Shown here piece after piece: positions 25,078-34,889 of a DNA stretch of 64,000 nucleotides. The first letter of the stretch is position 1, and every line of letters starts with the position of its first letter. Location of the stretch: NCBI GenBank assembly GCA_963665295.1, contig OY762209.1, forward strand, positions 2,656,001-2,720,000, given 5' to 3'. The DNA comes from Syntrophorhabdaceae bacterium. GTDB lineage: Bacteria > Desulfobacterota > Syntrophorhabdia > Syntrophorhabdales > Syntrophorhabdaceae. The position numbers and the translations under genes were made by a program. The notes beneath the pieces are model-generated. The model did no database searches, had not been told where the DNA came from, and saw only the letters and a program-made list of their open reading frames with translations.

Positions 25078-25610
25078 TGTCTTTCCTCCCTGCATACGTC
25101 CATAGCAGCCATCCGTTCCCGAATCCCGGCCACTATCTGTTGCTTCTGGTTCTTGTCGAGGGTCGAATAGAAGGCTGCAAGAAGGTCAAGGTCGTCCTGC
25201 AAGGCCCTGGAAACGCCCTCGATCTTCTTCTTCATCATAGCATTCAAAACCGCAACATCGGGCGATTCTTTTTCCAGTTCGCTGCGAAGGACCTCCCTGA
25301 ACTTCTTTCTGTCCTCTTTGCCGGCCGGCAGGTGCTCCTTCAAGTGGGAGCGTAACTCGTCGTACTTTGCCTTCTGGGCGGGAGTCAGGTTCAGCTTCCC
25401 TATCTCACGGTCCAGCCGCTTCAGTGCGAAACCGGGCATATCTCCATCGAGCCCGCGGCAGCGATGGAACCCTCCGCCGAATGGGCCGAAATGGGGGCCG
25501 CAGCGAGCCTTCCCTCCCGCTCCGAATACCTCGGTAATTCCCAGGGCCGCAAAGACCATGATAACAGCTATTGTACCGCCCACTGCCACGAAACGTCGTT
25601 GTATCTTCAT
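25074..25610 (-). CDS. Spy/CpxP-family periplasmic protein
   Basis: Signal peptide; LNLTPAQ and LDKNQKQ motifs. Confidence 0.8.
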   Translation of the reverse strand: MKIQRRFVAVGGTIAVIMVFAALGITEVFGAGGKARCGPHFGPFGGGFHRCRGLDGDMPGFALKRLDREIGKLNLTPAQKAKYDELRSHLKEHLPAGKEDRKKFREVLRSELEKESPDVAVLNAMMKKKIEGVSRALQDDLDLLAAFYSTLDKNQKQQIVAGIRERMAAMDVCREERQ

Positions 25611-25724
25611 TGCTCCCTCCCGGTTTTATTATAAAGAATGATTATGGAGCGGGTGATCCGTCACCCACGCAGAGACAGGATAACGCCGTAATGCTAAGAC
25701 AGTGTTACGGATGTGAAAAAAAGT

Positions 25725-25750
25725 GTAAGATAAATGTAAAAGAGTGCAAA
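25725..25750. promoter_or_regulatory. CpxR-like direct repeats in the divergent promoter
   Basis: GTAAG-N6-GTAAA-N5-GCAAA. Confidence 0.5.
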
Positions 25751-25764
25751 AAGGGGTGACATCT

Positions 25765-26469
25765 GTGGGGAACAGGGTTCTAATCATTGATGACGATGAG
25801 AAACTGCGCAAGCTCCTTGGAGAATATTTGAAGGACCACGGATTTAACGTCACGAGCCGGGCGGACGGCGCGAACGTACGGGGCGCTCTGTCGATGGATT
25901 CACCCGATCTGGTCATACTGGACATCATGCTGCCGGGAAAAGACGGGTTGGAAGTGCTCAAGGAGATCAGGAAGGACCATGGGTTGCCCGTTATCATGCT
26001 GACGGCCAGGGGAGACGATACGGACCGCATTGTAGGCCTTGAACTGGGTGCGGATGACTATCTGCCGAAGCCGTTCAACCCCAGGGAGCTTCTTGCCCGA
26101 ATGAAGGCGGTCCTCAGAAGGTCCGTCAATGAAAGCAGAGACGGACATGAAAGGACCTCGGGCAATATTATCGATGCTGCGGGGATCTCGCTGAATACGG
26201 CAAAACAGACCGCCGTGGTAGAGGGCAGGGAAATGGAACTATCCAGCGCGGAATTCAGGATTCTCGAAGTGCTCATGAAGAACCCGAACGCGGTAATGAG
26301 TCGCGACCAGATTATGACCCTTGCCCGGGGGCGTGATTTTACGGCCTTCGACAGAAGTATCGACGTTCACATCAGCAAGCTGAGGTCTAAAGTGGAGGTC
26401 GATCCCGGCGCGCCGAAAAGAATAAAGACCATATGGGGAGCAGGCTACATGCTGGTGGATTCCCCGTGA
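25765..26469 (+). CDS. OmpR/CpxR-family response regulator
   Basis: IDDD, LDIMLP, GADDYLPKPFNPREL, DRSIDVHISKLR. Confidence 0.9.
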   Translation: MGNRVLIIDDDEKLRKLLGEYLKDHGFNVTSRADGANVRGALSMDSPDLVILDIMLPGKDGLEVLKEIRKDHGLPVIMLTARGDDTDRIVGLELGADDYLPKPFNPRELLARMKAVLRRSVNESRDGHERTSGNIIDAAGISLNTAKQTAVVEGREMELSSAEFRILEVLMKNPNAVMSRDQIMTLARGRDFTAFDRSIDVHISKLRSKVEVDPGAPKRIKTIWGAGYMLVDSP

Positions 26470-27854
26470 AGTTCAGGTCGACGTATACAAAGATATTCCT
26501 GTCTTTTCTTGTAATGCTTCTCATCACGGAAATCCTTGTCTTCTTTCTCTTCATCATGCTTCCCGCGCGGCATTTCGCTGTCCGCTTCGAGGAATTGTTC
26601 AAATCAAAGGTTCAGTCGGTCAAAGGAATTGTGGAGGACAAGATCTTGTCCGCTCCTGATGTCGAATTGTCTCAGAATGCCCTTCTTAAGACATTCATTA
26701 CAGACTTCGGCAGGGTTTCCGGAGGGCAGGTATGGCTGACACGGCGTGACGGCAGGCCGGTGCTGAAGTCTTTTTCCGGTGAACCCCCTGATCTGTCCGA
26801 GGTCTCCGGAAAGGGCCGTCCGCGGAGGCACAGATTTTTCAGGCTCTATGCACCGAGAGATGTGGACGTGCACACGGCTATTCCCCTCACGCCTTCGGGA
26901 GAATATGCAGGAGACCTCCATATTCTCTTCAAGAGACCGGCGTCCGCTCCTCCCAGGGGCCTTTTTGCCATAGGCCTCCTCATGATAGGTACTGTTGTCG
27001 CCCTCGCCGCAATCCCCGTTTCCGGGCTCATCACCAGGCGGATCAGACAGCTCCGCATATCCGCGTCCCTGATTGCGGAAGGGGATCTCTCTCACAGGGT
27101 TGTCGTCCGGGGCAAGGATGAGATCAGCGATCTCGCCCGGACGTTCAACGATATGGCGGACAAGGTGGAAGACATGATAAAGGGCCGAAAGGAGCTTACC
27201 GCAAACATATCCCATGAACTACGAGCGCCCCTGACGAGAATTCGGATTGCGGAAGAACTACTTGGTGAGAAAGTGGCTGAGGGAGGTACGGGCGCAAAGG
27301 ATCTGGCGGGATATCTCGACGGAATCCGGGAAGACATAAATGAACTCGACGGCCTGATAGGTCGCATACTGGATTTGTCGAAACTGGACATGGGGCAATC
27401 CCCGCTCCGGCCCGAACCTCTCGATCCTTCTGATCTGATAGGAGAGTTAATGGAGAAATTTCACCCTGTCATGGAGCGAAGGGGCCTGCGCGTCGCCGTC
27501 GATCTTTCCCGTGACGGAACCTGTCTTGCAGACAAGGAGACACTGCGCCTCGCCCTCGTCAACGTTTTGGATAATGCAATCAAGTACTGTCCTGATGGAG
27601 GAGATGTTTCCGTCCATGTGGCGTGGAAGCCCGACGCCGCTGAGATACGTATCATGAACACCTCCGAGGAACTCTCCCCGGAAGACCTTTCCCGGATATT
27701 CGATCCTTTTCACCGGTCAAAGCGGTCCGGCGCCGCAGGTTCGGGATTGGGTCTTACCATCGCCAGGAAAGCCGTCGAAAGACTCGGAGGCACGGTTGAG
27801 GCGACAAACAGGGAAAGAGGATTTGAGATCATGATAACCCTGCCGCGACGGTGA
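26466..27854 (+). CDS. HAMP sensor histidine kinase (CpxA-like)
   Basis: ISHELRAP, NVLDNAIKY, GSGLGL. Confidence 0.9.
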   Translation: MKFRSTYTKIFLSFLVMLLITEILVFFLFIMLPARHFAVRFEELFKSKVQSVKGIVEDKILSAPDVELSQNALLKTFITDFGRVSGGQVWLTRRDGRPVLKSFSGEPPDLSEVSGKGRPRRHRFFRLYAPRDVDVHTAIPLTPSGEYAGDLHILFKRPASAPPRGLFAIGLLMIGTVVALAAIPVSGLITRRIRQLRISASLIAEGDLSHRVVVRGKDEISDLARTFNDMADKVEDMIKGRKELTANISHELRAPLTRIRIAEELLGEKVAEGGTGAKDLAGYLDGIREDINELDGLIGRILDLSKLDMGQSPLRPEPLDPSDLIGELMEKFHPVMERRGLRVAVDLSRDGTCLADKETLRLALVNVLDNAIKYCPDGGDVSVHVAWKPDAAEIRIMNTSEELSPEDLSRIFDPFHRSKRSGAAGSGLGLTIARKAVERLGGTVEATNRERGFEIMITLPRR

Positions 27855-27899
27855 CTTTTTCTGCCATGGCTCCCAAAATATGTGCTTTAAAAAGAATAG

Positions 27900-28096
27900 C
27901 CCTGTCCGGGGGTGTCGCCGCGGCGCTACGAGACCTGCCCCGTACCGGGCGTCCCCCGAAAATAACCGACGACGATAAAGCGTGGGTGCGAAGTCTTGCC
28001 TGTTCCAAACCATCCGCATGGGGGTATGTGTCGGACAGATGGTCTTATTCTCAGTTGGCCGGCCACATCCGTAAATATGCAGAGTTGATCTGCTGA
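27900..28096 (+). pseudogene. IS630-family transposase HTH fragment
   Basis: ALRDLPRTGRPPKITDDDKAWVRSLACSKP...WSYSQLAGHIR. Confidence 0.7.
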
Positions 28097-28226
28097 TTAT
28101 CTACTAATCTCGTTACCATTAGTATATCATATTATTGCTGCTAATGTGCTAATTTGGTCAGAATTAGCATTTTGATTTGCAATTACTAATTATGTGCTGG
28201 CATTTTCAGCATTAGCAGATAATCGG
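28093..28226. repeat. AT-rich array of TRCTAAT/ATTAGYA inverted repeats
   Basis: 14/16 outer inverted repeat and two TRCTAAT-N9-ATTAGYA palindromes. Confidence 0.6.
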
Positions 28227-28930
28227 ATTGAAAGCGACAGGCGCCGGGCAACTTCAGGATCGGCGGCTTGTTCCATCGACTCGATGGTTGCCCGGGAGTT
28301 TCCCAATACGAATTCGCGATGGAAGATTTCCACCCCCGTTCACCTCCGCGAAATGGGAAATTCAGCTTATTTCACCCCCTCTAACCGTCCTTTCCCTTCC
28401 CGTTTTGCTCCCTATTGGGAATAGGCTCGCCCGGGAAACGAACAGACTTGTTCGTGGCACCGTGGTTTAGCCTGGGCGTGCTCCTGACGTTAAATAAGTG
28501 ACTGCGAAATTGTTCTGTTTTCACTCCGGAAAATGTGGTAGACAAAGAGACAGTCGAAAAGGGCTTGGAGGAAAAATGGCGAGAATCCAAGTGCGTTGGA
28601 GGAACGGAAAGCCCTTTGCGACTGGGCGCGGAAATTCAGGGAGCCGGCCGGGTGAGGGATGACGGCTGCAGAGTCGTCCTGTGCAGGGGCGGCAAGGAGT
28701 GCATGGACGGACGGTGAGGTATGACGCGGATACGTAGATGATCTGAATGGGGTGCGCCGGGCGGCGCACGGAAACCAGCCCCGGCACTCCGGATCAGGGA
28801 GCGGGTCTCGCCTGAAAGAACGTAGGTTCCCGAGGGCTCCTCCCTTTGCGCCGGTGTGTGAGGGCGCAATATGGAACGGCGGACGCGTTGAAGCGTCGGA
28901 GCCGCTTCAGAAAAAGGAGGAAGAGCGGGA

Positions 28931-29383
28931 ATGGACCGTTTTGAGCCTGAGATTATTGCCTTTTGTTGTGAATATTGCAGTTATGCGGCTGCCGATCTGG
29001 CCGGTTCGATGAGAATTTCCTATCCCACCAATGTGAAGATCGTAAGGGTTCCCTGCACGGGGAGGTTTGACATCATCCACGCCCTCAAGGCCTTCGAATC
29101 AGGCGCTGACGGCGTCTTCGCCTTCGGATGCCTTGAGGGGAACTGCCATTTTGAGGTGGGGAACCTGAGGGCCCGGAAACGGATGGAACACCTGCGCGCG
29201 CTCCTCGAAGAGTGCGGCATCGGCGGGGAGCGGGTAGGTATGTACAACATGTCATCTGCCATGGGTCTCAGATTTGCGGAGACGGCCCGGGAAGTGACGG
29301 AAAGGATACGGGCCCTGGGCCCCAATCCGGGGCGAACCCATGAGAGAAGCGGGGGCGACGCGCAGCAAGGGGAAGACCATTGA
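28931..29383 (+). CDS. mvhD: MvhD-type hydrogenase iron-sulfur subunit
   Basis: IIAFCCEYCSYAAADLAG, VPCTGR, GADGV, GCLEGNCHF. Confidence 0.9.
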   Translation: MDRFEPEIIAFCCEYCSYAAADLAGSMRISYPTNVKIVRVPCTGRFDIIHALKAFESGADGVFAFGCLEGNCHFEVGNLRARKRMEHLRALLEECGIGGERVGMYNMSSAMGLRFAETAREVTERIRALGPNPGRTHERSGGDAQQGEDH

Positions 29384-29923
29384 CAACACAGCGGACATCG
29401 AGATTACTGTTGAAGAGGCGAAAGACCTCCTTTCCCGTGAGCCCCGCACCATCCTTATCGATATCAGGTCGAACAGGGAGACGTGCCTGGGCTACCTCAA
29501 AGGGGCCTGCTTTGTTGTCCCGGGCCTCATAGGGGAAGAACGGAGCAGGCTGAGCCCCGACCCCTCAACTCCCGTCGTCGTCTATTGCTCTGTCGGCGAC
29601 CGTTCCATCCCCGTGACCTGAAGCTGAGAGAAATGGGCTTTATGAACTCGCACTCTCTCAAAGGGGGCTATGATGCCTGGCTCCCGGGAGGGGGCGAAAT
29701 CGTCTCCGAAGGGCAGCTCTCCGTTGCCCGGCTTAACCGGTACAGCAGGGATATGCTGGTCGGGGAGATAGGGAAGGAAGGGCAGGGCTGGCTCCTCCAG
29801 GCAAAGGTGTTCGTTGTGGGCGCCGGGGGCTCGCCTCCTCCGCGCTCCTTTACCTCACCGCCGCCCCTGGGTATCGTCAATTACGACCGGGTGGACCTCT
29901 CGAATCTCAACGAGAAAGCATAA
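29340..29923 (+). pseudogene. Rhodanese-MoeB (MoeZ-like) fusion, frameshifted and truncated
   Basis: Rhodanese VVYCSVGDRS; frame change near 29617; RYSR...GKEGQ...VVGAGG; frame disruptions; stops after DRVDLSNL. Confidence 0.75.
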
Positions 29924-30020
29924 CTCACCAATATAACATCATCTCCCGCTACAGGGCGGCAGGCCGAAAGGGCTGCGTTCCGGCCCTTTCACCTTCCTCG
30001 AAAAGAAAACAAGCTTGTGC

Positions 30021-30050
30021 TTGACACTTTGAGAGTCGCTATGGTATACC
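30021..30050 (+). promoter_or_regulatory. Sigma70-type promoter
   Basis: TTGACA followed by TGGTATAC. Confidence 0.5.
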
Positions 30051-30095
30051 GTATTCAGTAATACGATGAAACCAGGAAAAACGATAAGGAGAGGT

Positions 30096-30206
30096 ATGGA
30101 AAACGTGCAGAGAAGAACGGGTATTTCCAACTCATCTGTCTGAGGGTGTTTCGAGGCGCCCGTGAGGCGTCCCTTGGCAACAAGAACCGCGATTTCCTCG
30201 CCCTAA
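30096..30206 (+). other. Small ORF with in-frame TGA (30141-30143) and SECIS-like hairpin; possible selenopeptide or leader
   Basis: AGGAGAGG RBS; MENVQRRTGISNSSV-(TGA)-GCFEAPVRRPLATRTAISSP*. Confidence 0.35.
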
Positions 30207-30228
30207 TCCCATCATCCGCTTCCCGGGA

Positions 30229-30261
30229 GCCCGGCGCGAGCCTTTCGCGGCCGGGTTTTTT
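30229..30261 (+). terminator. Intrinsic terminator
   Basis: GCCCGGCGCGA...TCGCGGCCGGG followed by T6. Confidence 0.75.
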
Positions 30262-30624
30262 GCATACGGGAGGTGCATATCTCAGTATTATCTCCACACT
30301 TCAGGACCTGTGGCTTTTTCCGTCAGTCCATGGCGCACACCCCGGCCACGGGCAGAGACCCCCCTTTTTCTTTTCTACGGCGTGTGCGGGGCGCAGGAGA
30401 TCATGACAGGGTACAGCGCCCTGCCCTCCCGGAAGAGAGGTGGCCCGTCCGGGGGATGATGCGCCCCGGTCCCGGCTTCTTCATTGCGGCGGGAACGGTG
30501 AGGGGCAGCGCGCAGTGGAAGTCTGATATAGCGATAAAGTTGGCGTAATGAAGGTATCTCCCTTTCATCTACAGCGCCGTGGGACCTCGGGAAGGAGAGA
30601 CCGCACAAAGATGAGGAGGAAAGT

Positions 30625-31101
30625 ATGAAGAACGAGATCATGTTCACTTTGAACGGTGAGCCGGTGGATGTGGAGGTGGACCCCGAGTGGACTCTCCTTA
30701 GCGTGTTGAGAGAGGTTCTTGGGCTGACCGGGGCCAAGGAGGGCTGCGGGTATGGAGAGTGCGGCGCGTGTACGGTGATCGTGGACGGACTGGCGGTTAA
30801 CTCCTGCCTCTATCCGATCATGGAAGCGGAGGGAAGGTCAATCGAGACCATAGAGGGCGTGGCGAACCCCGACGGAACTCTCCATCCCCTCCAGCAGGCG
30901 TTTATCGAGAACAACGGCGTGCAGTGCGGGTATTGCACGAGCGGCATGATCATGTCTGCCAAGGCGTTGCTCGACACAAAGCCGAACCCCACGGAAAAGG
31001 AGATACGGGCGTGCATCGAGGGTAACCTGTGCCGGTGCACCGGGTATGTCCAGATCGTTGAATCGATTCAGCAGGCGGTAAAGGCGAAAGGACGCCCCTA
31101 G
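30625..31101 (+). CDS. XDH/CoxS-family 2x[2Fe-2S] subunit
   Basis: GCGYGECGAC, QCGYC, NLCRCTGY. Confidence 0.92.
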   Translation: MKNEIMFTLNGEPVDVEVDPEWTLLSVLREVLGLTGAKEGCGYGECGACTVIVDGLAVNSCLYPIMEAEGRSIETIEGVANPDGTLHPLQQAFIENNGVQCGYCTSGMIMSAKALLDTKPNPTEKEIRACIEGNLCRCTGYVQIVESIQQAVKAKGRP

Positions 31102-31152
31102 ACTGCCGTCGAAAGACCGCGCTCGCAGACACGCGCATAATCAGGAGGAACA

Positions 31153-33546
31153 ATGTCAAGCCTTCTCCATGTAGGAAGAGATGTCCCAAGGACCGCCGAG
31201 ATCGATAAGGTGACCGGGCGGTCCGTATATATCGATGACCTTGAAAGGCCGGGTATGCTCTACGGGAAGATACGCTACAGCGAGCACGCCCACGCAAAGA
31301 TCAAATCCATCGACACCGGGAAAGCCCGGAGGCTGCCCGGCGTGCGCGCCGTCATCACAGGTTACGACATACCGGACGTGCGGGTCGGCTTTATCAACGA
31401 CCAGTCCGTGTTGAAGCGCGGCGTGGTCCGCCAGTTCAGGGACGAGGTCGCAGCAGTGGCGGCCGTAACCCCGGAAATTGCGGCGGAGGCGGTGAGCCTG
31501 ATAGAAGTGGAATACGAGCCCCTTCCCGCCGTCTTCGACCCTATTCTCGCCATGGAGCCGGATGCGCCCCTTGTCCACGAGACGGATGCGAGGGGCCGCC
31601 CCTTGAGGAGCAACATCCTTCCTTTGCCCTGGAGGTTTTCCGCAGGAGACGTGGACCGGGCCAGGGAGGAGTCCGCGTTCGTGGTGACGGACAACCTCAC
31701 CACCACGTGGGTCAACCAGTGCTGCATGGGGACGAGCGGCTGCGTCGCCGAGTTTGACAGCAGCAACAACCTCACATTCCACAGCCAGACCAACGTCATC
31801 TTCGGCGCCAAGGGGAGGATCGGCGCGTACCTTGCAAAGATCGGCCTGAAAGGAAAAAAGATACGAGTCCTGAACCCCGTGGTGGGCGGCAGCTTCGGAA
31901 CCAAGCTCGACACGGACATCTATGAGTTCATCTGCATTCAACTGGCCTTGAAAAGCCGGAAACCAGTCAAGATCAGGTTCACGAGGGAAGAGGAGTTCAT
32001 GGCCCTGCCCCCGAGGCAGCCCTCCAGGTTTTTTATAGAACAGGGCTGTGACCAGGAAGGGAGGCTTACCTTCAGGAAAGCGGAGGCCATACTGGACAAC
32101 GGGGCCTACACGTCATGGGGCGCCACCACCCCGTCGGTGATGATGCTCCCCATCTCATCCATGTACAGGGTGCCCAACGTGTTCTTCAAAGCCGTGTGCG
32201 TCTACACGAACAACATCTATGCCCAGGCCATGCGGGGCTACGGCAACCCCCAGGCGGCTTTCGCGGTGGAGACGTCCATGGACCACCTGGCCGAGGCAGC
32301 GGGCTTCGACGCCGCCGAATTCAGGCTCATTAACCGTAACATCCCCGGCGAGACGACGCCCATGGGCCTCAAGATCACTACGTGCCCCCTCGAGGAATGC
32401 ATCAGGTCTGTAAAGGAGAAGGTAAAGTGGGACGAGAAAAGAGGGAAAGGGAACGGCCGCGGCGTGGGCATGGCCTCCCTCATTCACGTCGCAGGCGGGG
32501 CCCGGGTATACCTTTCCGACGGCACAGGCATCCGCATCAAAGTGGATGAGGGAGGCGAGGTCTACGTCCTTTCAGGGAGCACGGACCAGGGTCAGGGCTC
32601 GCCCACGGTAATCGCGCAGATAGTGGCTGAGGCCACCGGCTTAAGGCCCGAGGATGTAACCATCGTGTACGGCGACACCGCCCTCGGACTCTGGGATGCG
32701 GGGACCCACGCGAGCAGGCACACCTTTGTAGCCGGAAACGCCGCAATACGGGCGGGAGAGAAGGTGAAGGAACAGATCCTCGACCTGGCTGTGGAGTACT
32801 ATCCGAAGCTCGTAAAGAAGGACATCAAGGCCCTTAAAAAGAAGAATCCCGATCTTCAGGAACCGGACCTCGATTTCTCGCTCGTGGACAGCCGCGAAAA
32901 ACTCGACATCAAGAACCGGATCATTTTCCCCAAAGCTCAGCCGGACCATCCCCATTTCAGGATTGAGGCGAGCAGGGTGCTGACTGCCGGCCTTCAGGTG
33001 GGTATCGGCGAAAGCAAGGCCGTGGTGGCGGAGGTCTTCTGGGACCCGCCCACGGAGACGCTCAACGCCGAGATGAAAGGAAACTACTCGTGCACCTACG
33101 CCTTCGGCGCCACCGGCGTCGAGGTGGAGGTGGACAAACAGACCGGGGTCGTAAAGATACTGAACCTCGTCTCCGCCCACGATGTGGGGCGGGCCGTGAA
33201 TCCCACCCTCGCGAAAGGACAGATTTACGGGGCCGTATACACGGGCGTGGGCTACGGCTTGACCGAGCAGGTTCAGGTGGTGAACGGCAAGGTCATGAAC
33301 CCCGGGTTCAGGGATTACAAGATACTGACGGCAGCCGATGCAATTCCCGTAGAAGCGGTGATAATCGAGGACCCGGACCCCATGGGTCCTTATGGTGCGA
33401 AGGGCATCGGCGAGCCCGGCCTCGTGCCGACCGCCCCCGCCATTGCAAACGCCATCTATGACGCGGTGGGGGTCAGAATCAGGGACCTTCCCATTACACC
33501 GGAAAAGGTGCTTGCCGCCCTTCACGAGAAGGAGAGGAACGGGTAA
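31153..33546 (+). CDS. XDH-family molybdopterin-binding large subunit (canonical motifs)
   Basis: GGSFG, AMRGYGNPQ, ASR, GAKGIGE. Confidence 0.92.
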   Translation: MSSLLHVGRDVPRTAEIDKVTGRSVYIDDLERPGMLYGKIRYSEHAHAKIKSIDTGKARRLPGVRAVITGYDIPDVRVGFINDQSVLKRGVVRQFRDEVAAVAAVTPEIAAEAVSLIEVEYEPLPAVFDPILAMEPDAPLVHETDARGRPLRSNILPLPWRFSAGDVDRAREESAFVVTDNLTTTWVNQCCMGTSGCVAEFDSSNNLTFHSQTNVIFGAKGRIGAYLAKIGLKGKKIRVLNPVVGGSFGTKLDTDIYEFICIQLALKSRKPVKIRFTREEEFMALPPRQPSRFFIEQGCDQEGRLTFRKAEAILDNGAYTSWGATTPSVMMLPISSMYRVPNVFFKAVCVYTNNIYAQAMRGYGNPQAAFAVETSMDHLAEAAGFDAAEFRLINRNIPGETTPMGLKITTCPLEECIRSVKEKVKWDEKRGKGNGRGVGMASLIHVAGGARVYLSDGTGIRIKVDEGGEVYVLSGSTDQGQGSPTVIAQIVAEATGLRPEDVTIVYGDTALGLWDAGTHASRHTFVAGNAAIRAGEKVKEQILDLAVEYYPKLVKKDIKALKKKNPDLQEPDLDFSLVDSREKLDIKNRIIFPKAQPDHPHFRIEASRVLTAGLQVGIGESKAVVAEVFWDPPTETLNAEMKGNYSCTYAFGATGVEVEVDKQTGVVKILNLVSAHDVGRAVNPTLAKGQIYGAVYTGVGYGLTEQVQVVNGKVMNPGFRDYKILTAADAIPVEAVIIEDPDPMGPYGAKGIGEPGLVPTAPAIANAIYDAVGVRIRDLPITPEKVLAALHEKERNG

Positions 33547-33579
33547 GGGCCGGACAAAGGAGAAGACCGAGCGGCGTAT

Positions 33580-34797
33580 ATGAGAAAATTGATTTACCTG
33601 GACAACGCGGCCACTTCCTTTCCTAAGCCGACTTCGGTGGTGGAGGCGATGGTCCGTTATATGAACGAGGCGGGAGCGAATCCGGGGCGGGCGGGCCACC
33701 CCCTCGCCCTGGAAGCGCAGCACATCGTGGAGACAGCCAGGGAAGACCTGGCCGGGTTCTTCAACATCGACGAGCCCTCACGGATCGCCTTCACCCTCAA
33801 TGTCACCGAAGCTCTCAACATGGTGATCCGGGGATATGTGAGGCCGGGCGACCATGTGGTAACGAGCGCCATGGAGCATAACTCCGTAATGAGGCCCCTC
33901 GCATGGCTTGAGGAGCGGGGGGACATCACCCTCGACATCGCCCCGTGCGACATAAGGGGCGCCCTCGACATGGATGCCCTCGCGCGGTTGGTGAGGAAGG
34001 ATACAAGGCTCGTGATCCTGAACCACGGGTCCAACGTGTGCGGGACCATCCAGGACGTGGCGGCGGTGAGGAAGGCGATAGGCGGCACTCCGCTCCTCCT
34101 CGATGCGGCCCAGACCGCGGGTTTTTGCCCTATCGATGTTCAGGGTCTGGGCATCGACTTCCTCGCTTTCACGGGCCACAAGGGCCTTATGGGGCCGCAG
34201 GGGACAGGGGGCCTGTACGTGCGGAGGGGCCTCGAAGTAGACCCCCTCGTCAGGGGAGGAACGGGGAGCCGGTCCGAAGACCTGCGCCAACCCGATTTCA
34301 TGCCGGACGCCCTGGAAAGCGGCACCAGGAACAATGTGGGAATAGCCGGTCTGGGGGCCGCGGTCCGGTTTATTCTGGAAGAAGGGGCGGAGAACATAAG
34401 GCGTCACGAGGAGGCTCTTACGCAGGCGCTCCTCAGCGGGATCTACGACCTGGGGAACGTGACCATCTATGGTCCCCTGAACGCGGCCCGGCAGACACCG
34501 GTTGTGTCCGTCACTTTTGACAGTACCCTGCCGGGGGACTCGGACCGCTCAAGAGGTTGCGGCGCCGTCAACCTTCAGTGGTTCGACGACGGGATGACCC
34601 CGGACGAGGCTGACCGCCGGTTTGCAGGAGACCACAACATTCTCGTCCGGGTGGGGCTGCACTGTGCGCCCATGGCCCACAAGACCATTGGGACCTTTCC
34701 CGGCGGCACCGTCCGGCTGAGCATGGGATATTTCAACACCATGGAGGAGATTGAAAAGGCTGTGGACGTCATACGGGAGGTGGCGGCCAGGTCATAA
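33580..34797 (+). CDS. Class V PLP cysteine desulfurase-like protein
   Basis: YLDNAATSFPKP, DAAQ, GHK, RVGLHCAP. Confidence 0.9.
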   Translation: MRKLIYLDNAATSFPKPTSVVEAMVRYMNEAGANPGRAGHPLALEAQHIVETAREDLAGFFNIDEPSRIAFTLNVTEALNMVIRGYVRPGDHVVTSAMEHNSVMRPLAWLEERGDITLDIAPCDIRGALDMDALARLVRKDTRLVILNHGSNVCGTIQDVAAVRKAIGGTPLLLDAAQTAGFCPIDVQGLGIDFLAFTGHKGLMGPQGTGGLYVRRGLEVDPLVRGGTGSRSEDLRQPDFMPDALESGTRNNVGIAGLGAAVRFILEEGAENIRRHEEALTQALLSGIYDLGNVTIYGPLNAARQTPVVSVTFDSTLPGDSDRSRGCGAVNLQWFDDGMTPDEADRRFAGDHNILVRVGLHCAPMAHKTIGTFPGGTVRLSMGYFNTMEEIEKAVDVIREVAARS

Positions 34798-34889
34798 ACG
34801 GCTTCCCGGGAGGGGGCTTTCAGGAAGAAGGCTTCTCCCGGAACGGATTCCCCGGGGATTCTGTTGGGGGCTTATATGTGGAGGAAAGT

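Noticed and set aside
28455..28471. TGGCAC as a sigma54 promoter
   Set aside because: No GC at the -12 position (TTTA instead of TTGC)
28931..29383. Selenocysteine in MvhD
   Set aside because: The relevant positions are TGC/TGT Cys codons; there is no in-frame TGA
29617..29621. TGA in the rhodanese ORF as Sec
   Set aside because: Homology continues in a different frame, so this is a frameshift rather than readthrough
30402..30501. Second small ORF (MTGYSALPSRKRGGPSGG-TGA-C...) as a selenopeptide
   Set aside because: Has an RBS but no convincing hairpin at SECIS distance and no other support
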